Positions 10,012-18,861 of a DNA stretch of 64,000 nt are shown here, in pieces. Position numbers and translations under genes: made by a program. The DNA lies in NCBI RefSeq assembly GCF_018780385.1, contig NZ_JADMJO010000025.1, positions 9,994 to 73,993 on the forward strand, in the 5' to 3' direction. Origin of the DNA: Hydrogenophaga sp. Its GTDB lineage: Bacteria; Pseudomonadota; Gammaproteobacteria; Burkholderiales; Burkholderiaceae_C. The notes under the pieces are model-generated. The model made no database searches. It was not told the DNA's origin and was given only the letters and a program-made list of their open reading frames with translations. Each line of letters starts with the position of its first letter. Position 1 is the stretch's first letter.

Positions 10012-10185
10012 ATGAACGTCAAAGACCAAGCCCGCAACTGGATCAAGACTGTGGTGGGCAGCCATATCGGCCGCAACATCCGGACCTCCAAGTTCGTCAC
10101 TTACACGGGCGAGACCAGCCACAACCAACTCGGTGGCGTCAGCTACCTGATGCCAAACGCGCCACCCGAGGAATCGCGCCGCTGA
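10012..10185 (+). CDS. small hypothetical protein (57 aa)
   Basis: ATG after GGAAAA; MNVKDQARNWIKTVVGSHIG reads like a natural protein. Confidence 0.5.
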   Translation: MNVKDQARNWIKTVVGSHIGRNIRTSKFVTYTGETSHNQLGGVSYLMPNAPPEESRR

Positions 10186-10453
10186 GTATTTGATCCTCGC
10201 AGGTGAATGCGACGCCTGACAAAGCGCAGCCCTGATACCCTGGCGCTTCACCAACGCAGATCACCTCTGGATCGCAATCCAAATGGGCTCCCAAGCGAGC
10301 CAGTTTCGCCTGGGGGTTGTTGCTGTTTGCGTCCAGTGGGTGAGGCGTGGCGTAGGGGTTGAACAATCCCTCGCGGATAGCTGGAAGCAATGACGCAAGC
10401 TCCTGAGCCAACGCCATTGCAGATGAACTCACAGAACACGCTTCAGTCATCAT
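10139..10453 (-). pseudogene. truncated uracil-DNA-glycosylase-like gene
   Basis: LFNPY and VICVGEAPGYQGCALSGVAFT motif; reading ends shortly after, C-terminal half absent. Confidence 0.55.
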
Positions 10454-10628
10454 GGTTCCCGAACTGGTCGATGCTGCCGTGGTTGTGGGTAACGGCCCGC
10501 CCCCCGCCGCTGGAGCCTTCTTCGTCTTCATCACCGCCACCAATCCCACTTGCAATCCCTTTGAGTGCAAGGAAGATCACGAATCCCACCACACACAAAA
10601 TCAGCAAAGATTCCATTTCGTTCCCCTA

Positions 10629-10976
10629 TCAAGAGTTCAAGCGCCACTCAGGCAGCGCCATGTTCTTTTTCACGGCCAACGTCATCATGGCCACCGTCTT
10701 CACATACGCCAGCCGCTGGCCGAAGGTCTTGGGCTCGGGCATGTCCCGCAGTCCCAGCTCGTCGACCATGTCCTCCAGAAGCGGGTCCAGGTGGGCGGCG
10801 TGCTTCCACTCCGACACCACCACCTCGGGGCGGCTGATGTGCAGCTTGATCTTCAAGAGATCGCGGCCGTAAAGGCTCCCCAGCAGCCAGTGAGGCTCTT
10901 TGGCGGCGGCCTCGACGGGAGCGTAGTGCTCGCGGAAGTCTGCAACGGTCATATCGATTTCGGCCAGGTAAGACAT
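10629..10976 (-). CDS. hypothetical protein
   Basis: 115-aa ORF with GC3-rich codons and RBS-like AGAGGA; no motif recognised. Confidence 0.6.
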   Translation of the reverse strand: MSYLAEIDMTVADFREHYAPVEAAAKEPHWLLGSLYGRDLLKIKLHISRPEVVVSEWKHAAHLDPLLEDMVDELGLRDMPEPKTFGQRLAYVKTVAMMTLAVKKNMALPEWRLNS

Positions 10977-11103
10977 TTTTGTCCTCTCTTTCGGTTTGCT
11001 TGAAACTAGGTTCTCACGTATCAAGCTCGTGTCAAGGGTGCTTCAAACGAAAAAAAGGGCCGACATTTGTCAGCCCCCTTTCATGCTCAGATCGCGCTTG
11101 CGT

Positions 11104-11448
11104 CTAGTGCGCCGCCAGTTTGTAGGTCTCACCGAACATCCGTCCGAAACTGTTGAGTTCAGCTTCGTCGGTTTCGTTGTTCACCACGCTCGCTGCCGGT
11201 ACAGACGCCGCGCTCGCCTCGGCGGAATCTACCGCTGACCGATGTGGTGTGACCGGCGCTTGCGGTGAGGAGATTCCCCCGTTTCGCAACATATCCTTCC
11301 TGAACAGCCACCCAAGATAAGCCAGCTGGTACACGGCGTTCGAGAGAGTCGATGGGTCCAGCCCGTCCAGATGCTCCATCAGGCCATCGGCGTCCTTTGG
11401 AAAGCGAAGGCGCACCCGCACGCCAGTTCCTTCTTTGGATGTAGCCAT
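11104..11448 (-). CDS. putative ParR-like partition adaptor
   Basis: small ORF immediately downstream of ParM-like gene; N-terminal VRVRLRF beta-strand and acidic tail fit a ribbon-helix-helix adaptor (inference). Confidence 0.5.
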   Translation of the reverse strand: MATSKEGTGVRVRLRFPKDADGLMEHLDGLDPSTLSNAVYQLAYLGWLFRKDMLRNGGISSPQAPVTPHRSAVDSAEASAASVPAASVVNNETDEAELNSFGRMFGETYKLAAH

Positions 11449-11465
11449 GCTCGTTGCTCTCCGGG

Positions 11466-12554
11466 TCAACGGTTCGCACTGCCCATGCGCTGGGTGTACT
11501 CGGCGACGATCTGGAATCCCCGCACGTTCGAGAAGGCCGCGCCGGCATCGATGCGAAGGCGAGGGCGCAGCTCCGGGTGGTGTTCGCGCAGAAAGTCGTA
11601 GAACACAGCCCCACCACCACCACCACAGACCAGGATGCTGTGAAAGTCCTCCAGAGCACCGATCGTGTCCAGCATCGCATCGTAGCCCCCGCGCAGCACG
11701 TCGCTGATGGCTCCAGAGAAGTCGGACATCGCATATTCCACACCCGAGATCCGGATCGTCTCCTTGCGCTCGCGAATCGCGGTGTCGATTTCTTGGATGA
11801 TGCTGTACTGGCCGCGCAGGCTTGGGTTGATCATCTTGGCCACGGCCGAAGCGCAGGCCAGCATTGATTCCGGATGAGCACCGGACCGCTCGTAGTTGGG
11901 AGCCTTGTCACGGGCAACAAGGAAGTCGATGGTGCCACCGCCCACGTCGATGACGAGGTTCCACCCGCTCAGATTGAAGTCGGGATGGGTCAGGCCGTAG
12001 TTGTACAGAGCGCCCATAGGTTGAACCATCACCGAGGCATCCACCACCGTGACATGGCGAGCGCCCAGTTGGGGATCAGGGCTCACGACTTCATGCCGAC
12101 CCACCACGAGGCTGCGGAGTCGATCACGTTATTCGAGGTACGTGTTCAGAGGCAATCCCACCGTCAGGTGCTCGATGGCCATTTCCTGCGGGTTGCCTGC
12201 ATCCTCCAGCATGTAGTGCATCGCGCCGCGCATCAGCGCCAGGTACGCGGGAGAGGTGCAGTAATCCTTCATCACGTGCCGTGGCTGGATGCCCTTCAAG
12301 TGCATGTCTACCCCTCGGCCTGCAAAGTGGGGGACGCCGTTGACTTCGCTGATACAGCCGTCAGCACCGTGCGAACCAGGCGCGTGCATGAACGTGGCAT
12401 TCGGGCGCAGCGTGGCAGTGATCGAGGGGAACAAGTCGGCGTGAACCATGTTGATCCCGTTGACCTGCTTGCGCCCGCAGGTGTACTTGGTGTTGGCGTA
12501 GCCCACGTCGATTGCTCGAGCTGGGACGCTGGTGATGTTCGTATCGCGTTTCAT
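11466..12554 (-). pseudogene. parM: ParM/StbA actin-like ATPase (PRTRC protein D-like) with single in-frame TAA
   Basis: RAIDVGYANTK, VGLP, QPMGAL, IDVGGGTID, CGGG, NVRGF; YLE*RDRLR stop at 12129-12131 joins two same-frame ORFs; RBS aaggag. Confidence 0.8.
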
Positions 12555-12648
12555 GGGACTCTCCTTGAAGAAATTGCATGCACGGGGTGTGCTGGTAGGG
12601 GAGTTTCTGGTCGCATGCTCAAGTGCGCAAGCGATGGCGACCAGTCCT

Positions 12649-12841
12649 TGGCCCGGAGTGACCCGCACCGGGCCACGCCGGGCCAGGTCAACAGTCAAAA
12701 AGCGACACAACGGATTGGGAGCTGGCCCGGAGTGGCCCGCACCGGGCCACTCCGGGCCATGCCAAGCACATGCGGACAGGAATAGTGCCAAGAGCTTCTT
12801 CGGCTGGCCCGGAGTGGCCCGCGCCGGGTCACTCCGGGCCA
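12649..12841. repeat. three 37-bp palindromic repeats, parC-like centromere candidate
   Basis: TGGCCCGGAGTGGCCC-N5-GGGCCACTCCGGGCCA at 12649, 12723, 12805; half site at 12911-12921. Confidence 0.8.
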
Positions 12842-13058
12842 GGGAGTGTTGTTCTTCAACAGGCGGCTTCGCCTTCAGTGAACGCCATCGCAACCCTCGA
12901 ACGTTCCGAACGGAGTGGCCCTTTCACTCAGGTCATGAAGGGGAGGTGCGACAGAAAAGGAACGCTTAAAGACAGAGTGATAACAAGAGGGTTGTTTCGC
13001 AAGCCATTTTTTCCAACATATAAAGAGAGGAAAGGGGGGAGGAAAACTTTCTTTAGTC

Positions 13059-13067
13059 TGTGGATAA
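13059..13067 (-). promoter_or_regulatory. perfect DnaA box
   Basis: TGTGGATAA is the reverse complement of TTATCCACA; single copy, so function uncertain. Confidence 0.35.
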
Positions 13068-13120
13068 CCCGACGACAGAACGCATATCGCGAGGGGTTGC
13101 CCACAACTGGTCCGCATCGA

Positions 13121-13149
13121 ATGACAAGATGTGGCACAGCCCCTAATAT
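13121..13149 (+). promoter_or_regulatory. sigma70-like promoter
   Basis: ATGACA (13121-13126), 17-nt spacer, TAATAT (13144-13149). Confidence 0.5.
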
Positions 13150-13155
13150 CCGTTT

Positions 13156-13990
13156 CGCTGTACCTCGGTACGTCGACATCCCGGTTCACACCAGTGATGT
13201 CCTAGCCCACCGGGCAAACCGCCAACCGACGCTCCACTGTGAGTGTCCTAAGGCAAAAAGTCGGCCTCCCACGTTGGAAGTCGCAAACCAAGACGGTGCT
13301 CTGTATGGGGCATCGCAAAACAGGTCGCATAAAGACCAGCTGCTGAATCCGCGATGCGGTTCGGAAGTGGTGGCCCCCGGATGGGGATTGCCCACAGCAA
13401 GCTAACTAGGCCTTCCTATGGAAGCCGCCAGCCAACGCTCCGAGCTACGGAGCATGTGTGGACGCGCAAGCGTAAAGAACAACTCACGTTTTGACTTCGC
13501 TCTGACGACTACTTTCGGGTGGCTCGTCACAAGTACCTCCCGCCTGGCAATTGAGCCGGGAGCCCTCTGGGCCTAAAAAGGGGCAGGTTGGACAAGTAGC
13601 AAAGGACAACGCCGCCAAATCAGTCTGGCGGTGAAGTGAGTTCACCTGGGTAGTGAATAACTACTCTGGTCTAGCCCACCACACAAGGCTCTGTCTGAAG
13701 AAGACAGTACCCCCCCAACGCCATCACTGCGTTGGGGTGCTCATCCAGTAAGGATGAGGGTCACATGGGGATTCCACCTATGCCGACAGGATGGCTTGCT
13801 AACGAAAAACGGAAACCACTGAAGACTGTTGTGCCTTGCCCAGGGGCCTTGTACCGGGCGACCAGTAGCGAAACACGAAAAAAGGAGCCAGAGCGATCTG
13901 GCGGTTTGAGGTTGCCCGGAGGGTTGACACATGCAGGTTGCGAGAGCCGCCTTCAGGTGTGAACCCTCTGCGGTAGAGGCCACGTCAGTA
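13156..13990 (+). ncRNA. candidate large structured RNA / very long leader of the recombinase gene
   Basis: more than 12 local hairpins with G-U pairs and GCAA, GCGA, UUCG tetraloops; 10-nt complement 13183-13192/13956-13965; no credible ORF. Confidence 0.5.
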
Positions 13991-14003
13991 AAGGAGCGTC
14001 AAG

Positions 14004-15494
14004 ATGGATGAAGGTAAACATTTGGGTATGGGAGATGCATCTACAGGTGGGACAGGAGGCGGGCGTTCGTATAACGGTGCTCCATTCCGGCCGAAGAAGA
14101 AAGCAACGATTCCCCGCAAATCGCGTGCACAGACCTTGAAGCGGGGAGGTCCTGGCAGCGCCAAACCACGTTCTGACCACGCCATCGCCTTGTATGCGAA
14201 CGACCCGCACAAACAGATGGCAAATTTTCTGGACGGGCTGGATCCGCAGGCCTTCATAGGACGTGTACGTTCGGTGTCGCACCTCACGGAAACGCGCTTC
14301 GGTCAAACCCTCAAACGCATGATCGGTGAACTAAGCGAACTGAACATGCCGATCCAGCGCATCGACCAGGTCAGCCGCCGCCACGTGGCTGCCCTGGTTG
14401 TGCGTTGGGTGAACGAGGAAAAACAGGTGGCTGCTACCGTCAACAACAAGGTGAGTTTCATTCGCAAGTTTTGCGAACTCATCGGCAAGGTGGGCGCGAT
14501 CCCCAAGGGAGAGGAGTGGTACCAACTTCTGGAATCGAAGGGAGTACCGCGCAGCGCCTTGGTGCGCCAGCAGGTGGCCTATGGCAGCAAGACCTGGAGC
14601 GCTGCAGGGATTGAACCCATCGGCATTGCTGCGCTGTTGGCGGAGGATCATTACCACGAGTCATTGCTCATCGAGCTGATGTATTACTTCGGGTTGCGGG
14701 TGTCGGAAGCGCTCAGTCTCAACCCCACCCGGGCAGACGTTGTGGGAGGTCTGCTGTTGACGTCAGGCACCAAGGGCGGAAAGGATCGGCTGGTTCCATA
14801 CATGGAAGGTGCTGAAATGAAGGCCAAGCAGCGTGAGGTGCTGAACCGCGCGATCGACTGGATGAACAAGAACAACCGCCGCGGTGACATGGGCTACCCG
14901 GGACTGTCAATGGAGAAGTCGCGTCAGAAGTACTACAACACACTGTACGCGGTGGGCGTGACGAAAGCTGATCTGGGAATTGTCAGCCATGGTCTGCGGC
15001 ATGAGTACGCTGCAAACTTGTTCGAGCAACTCACTGGACATCGCCCACCGGTGGAGGGGCAGGAGCCGTCGGATTGGTTCAAGAAGAACCGGGAACTGGT
15101 TGATCACGCCTACCTCATGGTGTCGGAGGCCTTGGGGCACTGGCGAAAGAGCATCTCAGCTGCGTACTTGGGCTCCATCGCAGGGATGAGCAAAACGCAG
15201 AAGGTTCGCATCGAAAAGCTGATCGAGATGTTCCAGAACACACCCGGCGTCGCCGAAGGCTTGCTTGCGGTGGGGATTGAGCGTGCGTGGCTGACCGGTC
15301 GCGGTGGTCAAGGCGTCCAGTTGGCGCCTAACGAGCGCGTGCAACTCACCGTGTCGTTGAAGGAGGGCGTGTTGTGGTCTGTTCTCAACGACGCGCACGC
15401 CGTACTCGAAAAGTTGCTTCCTGGGCGTGTGATGGTCGCGCCATTGCTCGGTGGCGTGCAACCCGATGACGGCGTGGAGGTTTTCCTGGACTGA
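14004..15494 (+). CDS. tyrosine recombinase (integrase-domain protein) with C-terminal extension
   Basis: GLRVSEA (R), GTKGG (K), HGLRH, LGHWR, SAAYLG (Y); RBS aaggag. Confidence 0.9.
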   Translation: MDEGKHLGMGDASTGGTGGGRSYNGAPFRPKKKATIPRKSRAQTLKRGGPGSAKPRSDHAIALYANDPHKQMANFLDGLDPQAFIGRVRSVSHLTETRFGQTLKRMIGELSELNMPIQRIDQVSRRHVAALVVRWVNEEKQVAATVNNKVSFIRKFCELIGKVGAIPKGEEWYQLLESKGVPRSALVRQQVAYGSKTWSAAGIEPIGIAALLAEDHYHESLLIELMYYFGLRVSEALSLNPTRADVVGGLLLTSGTKGGKDRLVPYMEGAEMKAKQREVLNRAIDWMNKNNRRGDMGYPGLSMEKSRQKYYNTLYAVGVTKADLGIVSHGLRHEYAANLFEQLTGHRPPVEGQEPSDWFKKNRELVDHAYLMVSEALGHWRKSISAAYLGSIAGMSKTQKVRIEKLIEMFQNTPGVAEGLLAVGIERAWLTGRGGQGVQLAPNERVQLTVSLKEGVLWSVLNDAHAVLEKLLPGRVMVAPLLGGVQPDDGVEVFLD

Positions 15495-15521
15495 GTTGGA
15501 ACACCGTGGCTGGGCGTGGAG

Positions 15522-15760
15522 CTATGCCGGGTTGGATTGGGTGCTCGTTTCTGGTGTGCCTTTGAAAGCCAGCACGAGCATCAACATCCCGGCCACTGGC
15601 GGAATGCAAAGCAGCAATGCCCACCAGCCGGAGCCCAAACCATCGCGAGATTGCTTGATCACCTGCAATGCGATGGCCAGCAGGACCCAGGAGGAACGCG
15701 ATACCACCGAAAAGGCTCTTTGCCTGCACTCGGGTGCCCGTTGAGGCAATGAATGTTCTC
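15522..15760 (-). pseudogene. DUF805-like membrane protein C-terminal fragment
   Basis: RDGLGSGWWALLLCIPPVAGMLMLVLAFKG resembles the DUF805 signature; N-terminus missing. Confidence 0.4.
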
Positions 15761-15813
15761 TCGGCCCCTGATGGCCACCCAAATTCCCTCAACTGAACTG
15801 ATCGGGGATAGGG

Positions 15814-16380
15814 TCACCCACCTTCAAAGGCAACCCCACCACGCAACCCGAGCGGGGCAAAAACCGAGAGGTTGGACTGACCTACTCCAGCGGTCTGCAC
15901 GAGGTCAAGGTCACGCGATTTGACAACCGGGTGAAGGGTTTCATCACATTGCAACCGGCTGTGGGTAACGTACCGCGCGCTCGCATCGAAGGATGGTCGT
16001 TGGCCTACACCGGTGCGGCGGGCGCGTGGAGCTGGTATACCAATCTGGAACTGCTGGACGCACGTAACGAGCTCAACCTGCGCAAGCTGCAGCGCCGCGC
16101 CGACGAAGTGCTCACCGCCAGCGTCGACCACAAGGTCGGGGCCTGGAAATGGGGCGCCTCGCTGCAACTGGTCTCCGAGCGTTTCGACAACGCGGCCAAC
16201 ACGCAGCGCCTGCCGGGCTACGGCACGCTCGATCTGCACGCGCGCTACACCGTGAACAAGGACTGGTCGGTGGCCCTGCGTCTGAACAACGTGGGCGATA
16301 AGTTCTACGAAACTGCCTACAGCTACAACCAACCCGGGCGTGCGGCCTACGTAACGCTTAACTGGGCACCGCAGCAGTGA
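15814..16380 (+). pseudogene. btuB: C-terminal fragment of BtuB-like TonB-dependent receptor
   Basis: GNPTTQPERGKN...LNNVGDKFYETAYSYNQPGRAAYVTLNW; upstream in-frame stop at 15799, about two thirds of the gene missing; coupled to cobB. Confidence 0.75.
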
Positions 16381-17720
16381 TGCAACACTGCCCCGCAGTC
16401 CTAGTGGCAGCCCCGGCCTCCGGCCAGGGCAAGACCACTGTAGCCTGCGCGCTGGCGCGTCTGCATGCGCGGGCGGGTCGCCGGGTGCGTGCCTTCAAGT
16501 GTGGGCCCGACTTCCTGGACCCGCATTGGCTCGCGCTTGCCACGGGCCACCCCGTGCACAACCTCGACCTGTGGATGACGGGCGAGGACGATGCACGCGC
16601 ACGGCTGCACGCAGCGGCCAGCGAGGCCGACCTGATCATTGTCGAGGGTGTGATGGGGCTGTTCGACGGTGAGCCAAGCGCGGCCGACCTGGCCCAGCGT
16701 TTCAGCCTGCCGGTGCTGGCGGTGATCGACGCCTCGGCCATGGCAGGCACCTTCGGCGCACTCGCTTTCGGCCTGCAGCACTTTCGACCTGGACTGCCTT
16801 GGGCCGGAGTGTTGGCCAACCGCGTGGCCAGCGAACGCCATGCGCAGATGTTGCAGGACGCGTTGTCGGGCGAGGGCTCGCGCACGGACTCGAATTTGCT
16901 GGGCGCGGTCATGCGCAATGAAGCGTTTTCGCTGCCGGAGCGTCACCTGGGACTAACGGTAGCGTCTGAAATTCCCGATGCGCTGGCGCGCCTGGACGCG
17001 GCCGCCGACGCACTGGCCGCCACACCGCTTGGGCGCATGGACGCTGCTGCGCTGGCACGCTGGTCGGTGAGTTTCGAACCGACGGTGGAGATTCCTGCCC
17101 AGGCGCCCTTGCTCGCCGGCCGGACCATCGCCATTGCGCGCGATGCATCGTTCTGTTTTGTCTACCCTGCCAACCTCGACGTGCTGCGCGGGCTGGGCGC
17201 GGAGTTGGCTTTCTTCTCGCCGCTGGCCGATGAGGCGCTGCCGTCTTGTGACGCGGTATGGCTGCCCGGAGGCTACCCCGAGTTGCATGCGACCACCCTG
17301 GCAGGCAGCACGGTATGTCGTGCGAGCCTGATCGAGCATGTGAACGCGGGCGGTCCGCTGTGGGCGGAATGCGGCGGCATGATGCTGCTGTTTGACGAGT
17401 TGCTGACCCTCGACGGAGAGACGCATGCGATGTGGGGTTTGCTGCCGGGTTCCGTGACCATGCAGAAGCGCCTGACCGCGCTTGGGCCTCAGCGGCTCAC
17501 GCTGCCTGCGGGCGCGTTGCGTGGCCACACGTTTCACTACTCGCGTTGTGTATCCACGCTCGAACCGGTGTGCCGCACCGAGCCGGCGCGGGCGGGCGCC
17601 AGCGGTGCGGGTGAGGCCGTGTTTCGTTCGGGCTCGGTGCATGCAAGCTATTTCCACGCCTGGTTCGCTTCCAATCCCGAAGCCACCGCTTCGCTGTTCC
17701 TGTCAGGAGACACTGATTGA
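16377..17720 (+). CDS. cobB: cobyrinate a,c-diamide synthase
   Basis: SGQGKTT, FKCGPDFLDP, EGVMGLFDG, LPGGYPELH, AECGG, SYFH. Confidence 0.92.
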   Translation: MMQHCPAVLVAAPASGQGKTTVACALARLHARAGRRVRAFKCGPDFLDPHWLALATGHPVHNLDLWMTGEDDARARLHAAASEADLIIVEGVMGLFDGEPSAADLAQRFSLPVLAVIDASAMAGTFGALAFGLQHFRPGLPWAGVLANRVASERHAQMLQDALSGEGSRTDSNLLGAVMRNEAFSLPERHLGLTVASEIPDALARLDAAADALAATPLGRMDAAALARWSVSFEPTVEIPAQAPLLAGRTIAIARDASFCFVYPANLDVLRGLGAELAFFSPLADEALPSCDAVWLPGGYPELHATTLAGSTVCRASLIEHVNAGGPLWAECGGMMLLFDELLTLDGETHAMWGLLPGSVTMQKRLTALGPQRLTLPAGALRGHTFHYSRCVSTLEPVCRTEPARAGASGAGEAVFRSGSVHASYFHAWFASNPEATASLFLSGDTD

Positions 17721-17786
17721 TCACCATGCTCCCACATGCGCTCAACAAACACTGGGTGGAGGCGTCGGGGGATGTCGAACGCCTGA

Positions 17787-18239
17787 ATGTCCGGCCTGCA
17801 CCTGATCGCACTCGATTCCTCGGGCTCCATGCGCCAGGAGGGTCGACCCGCACGGGTCAAGAACTATTCAGCATGCCTCATCGAGCAGGCCACGCGCGCG
17901 GCACGCAGCGCACGGGCACGGCCCGTGAGTGGCGGTGGCACGCCGCTGGCTGTCTGCCTTAAAGAGGCCGAGCGGATTTTGTGCGTGACCACGCGCCAGC
18001 GCGTTCGCGACCAGGATACCTGCCTGTGGCTCTTCACTGCTGGATGCACCTTCGAACGTCCCGACCTACGCCAGGCGGCAGGCCACATCGTCGTGGTCGA
18101 TTTTGATAATCCCTTGCGGTCCATCGGCCGGTGCGCGGCCTGGGCCGAGTGCTGGCACGGAGAACACCGCTTTCCAGACCGAACCCTTACTCGCCACACG
18201 CCATGTCAGAACCCGTTTCAACCGCGATCACTGAAGTGA
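17787..18239 (+). pseudogene. degenerate second copy of chelatase VWA domain
   Basis: LHLIALDSSGSM, GGGTPL, HIVVVDFDN parallel 7842-8323 with an internal deletion and TDG changed to TAG(C). Confidence 0.65.
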
Positions 18240-18610
18240 TCATCTGCATCACCTGCCGTCCACCTGGCGCATCGCGCGATCTGCCAGCGGCGGGTGCCGA
18301 CTTGTTCGAAGCTGTGCAGATGCAGCAACTTTTGCACGAAGACCGGTGGCCATCGGTGCGTGTGCGCGGCATCGCCTGCCTGAGCAGCTGCTCGCGCGCC
18401 TGCTCTGTGGCTTTCCAAGCTCCGGGTAAACACACCTACCTGTTTGGCGATCTGCAGCCCGACGAAAAGACCGCTCAGCACGTGCTGGCCTGTGCCGCCC
18501 TGCACGCCACGGCAACCGACGGCAACATGCTGCGCAACGATCGACCTGAACGGCTGCGCAGCGGTATCTTGGCGCGGCTACCGCCTAGCCTGGAGACCAC
18601 GACCCTGTGA
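18203..18610 (+). CDS. DUF1636-family protein, paralogue of 8320-8748
   Basis: ICITCR, ACLSSCSRACSVAFQAPGKHTYLFGDL. Confidence 0.75.
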   Translation: MSEPVSTAITEVIICITCRPPGASRDLPAAGADLFEAVQMQQLLHEDRWPSVRVRGIACLSSCSRACSVAFQAPGKHTYLFGDLQPDEKTAQHVLACAALHATATDGNMLRNDRPERLRSGILARLPPSLETTTL

Positions 18611-18861
18611 TCATCAGGTTCGTTCCCGCAAAGCATTGGTTCAACGTGGAGAGCAGAGGATTGGCGGATTCACGGTTCCGTCAACATTCGACTGCGCAGC
18701 GACTGGGCGAACTTTAGGGGTTACATCACCCGAAGCCCTATCAGGTGCTCTGCGCCACGGGACACCCGAAACGCTGCCCTTGGCAAGCCTTGCAAATCTG
18801 TATTTAATTGTGCACGCGTCGTGTGCGACCCCGCACCGGGCCAAGCTGCTCAGGAGCGGTG

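Noticed and set aside
12649-12841. CRISPR array
   Set aside because: Only three units, fully palindromic with internal iterons, uneven spacers, no cas gene, and located at the parM promoter.
12946-14003. Group II intron (GTGCG at 12946 followed by structured sequence)
   Set aside because: No domain V/VI consensus found downstream and no reverse transcriptase ORF; the 5-mer is expected by chance.
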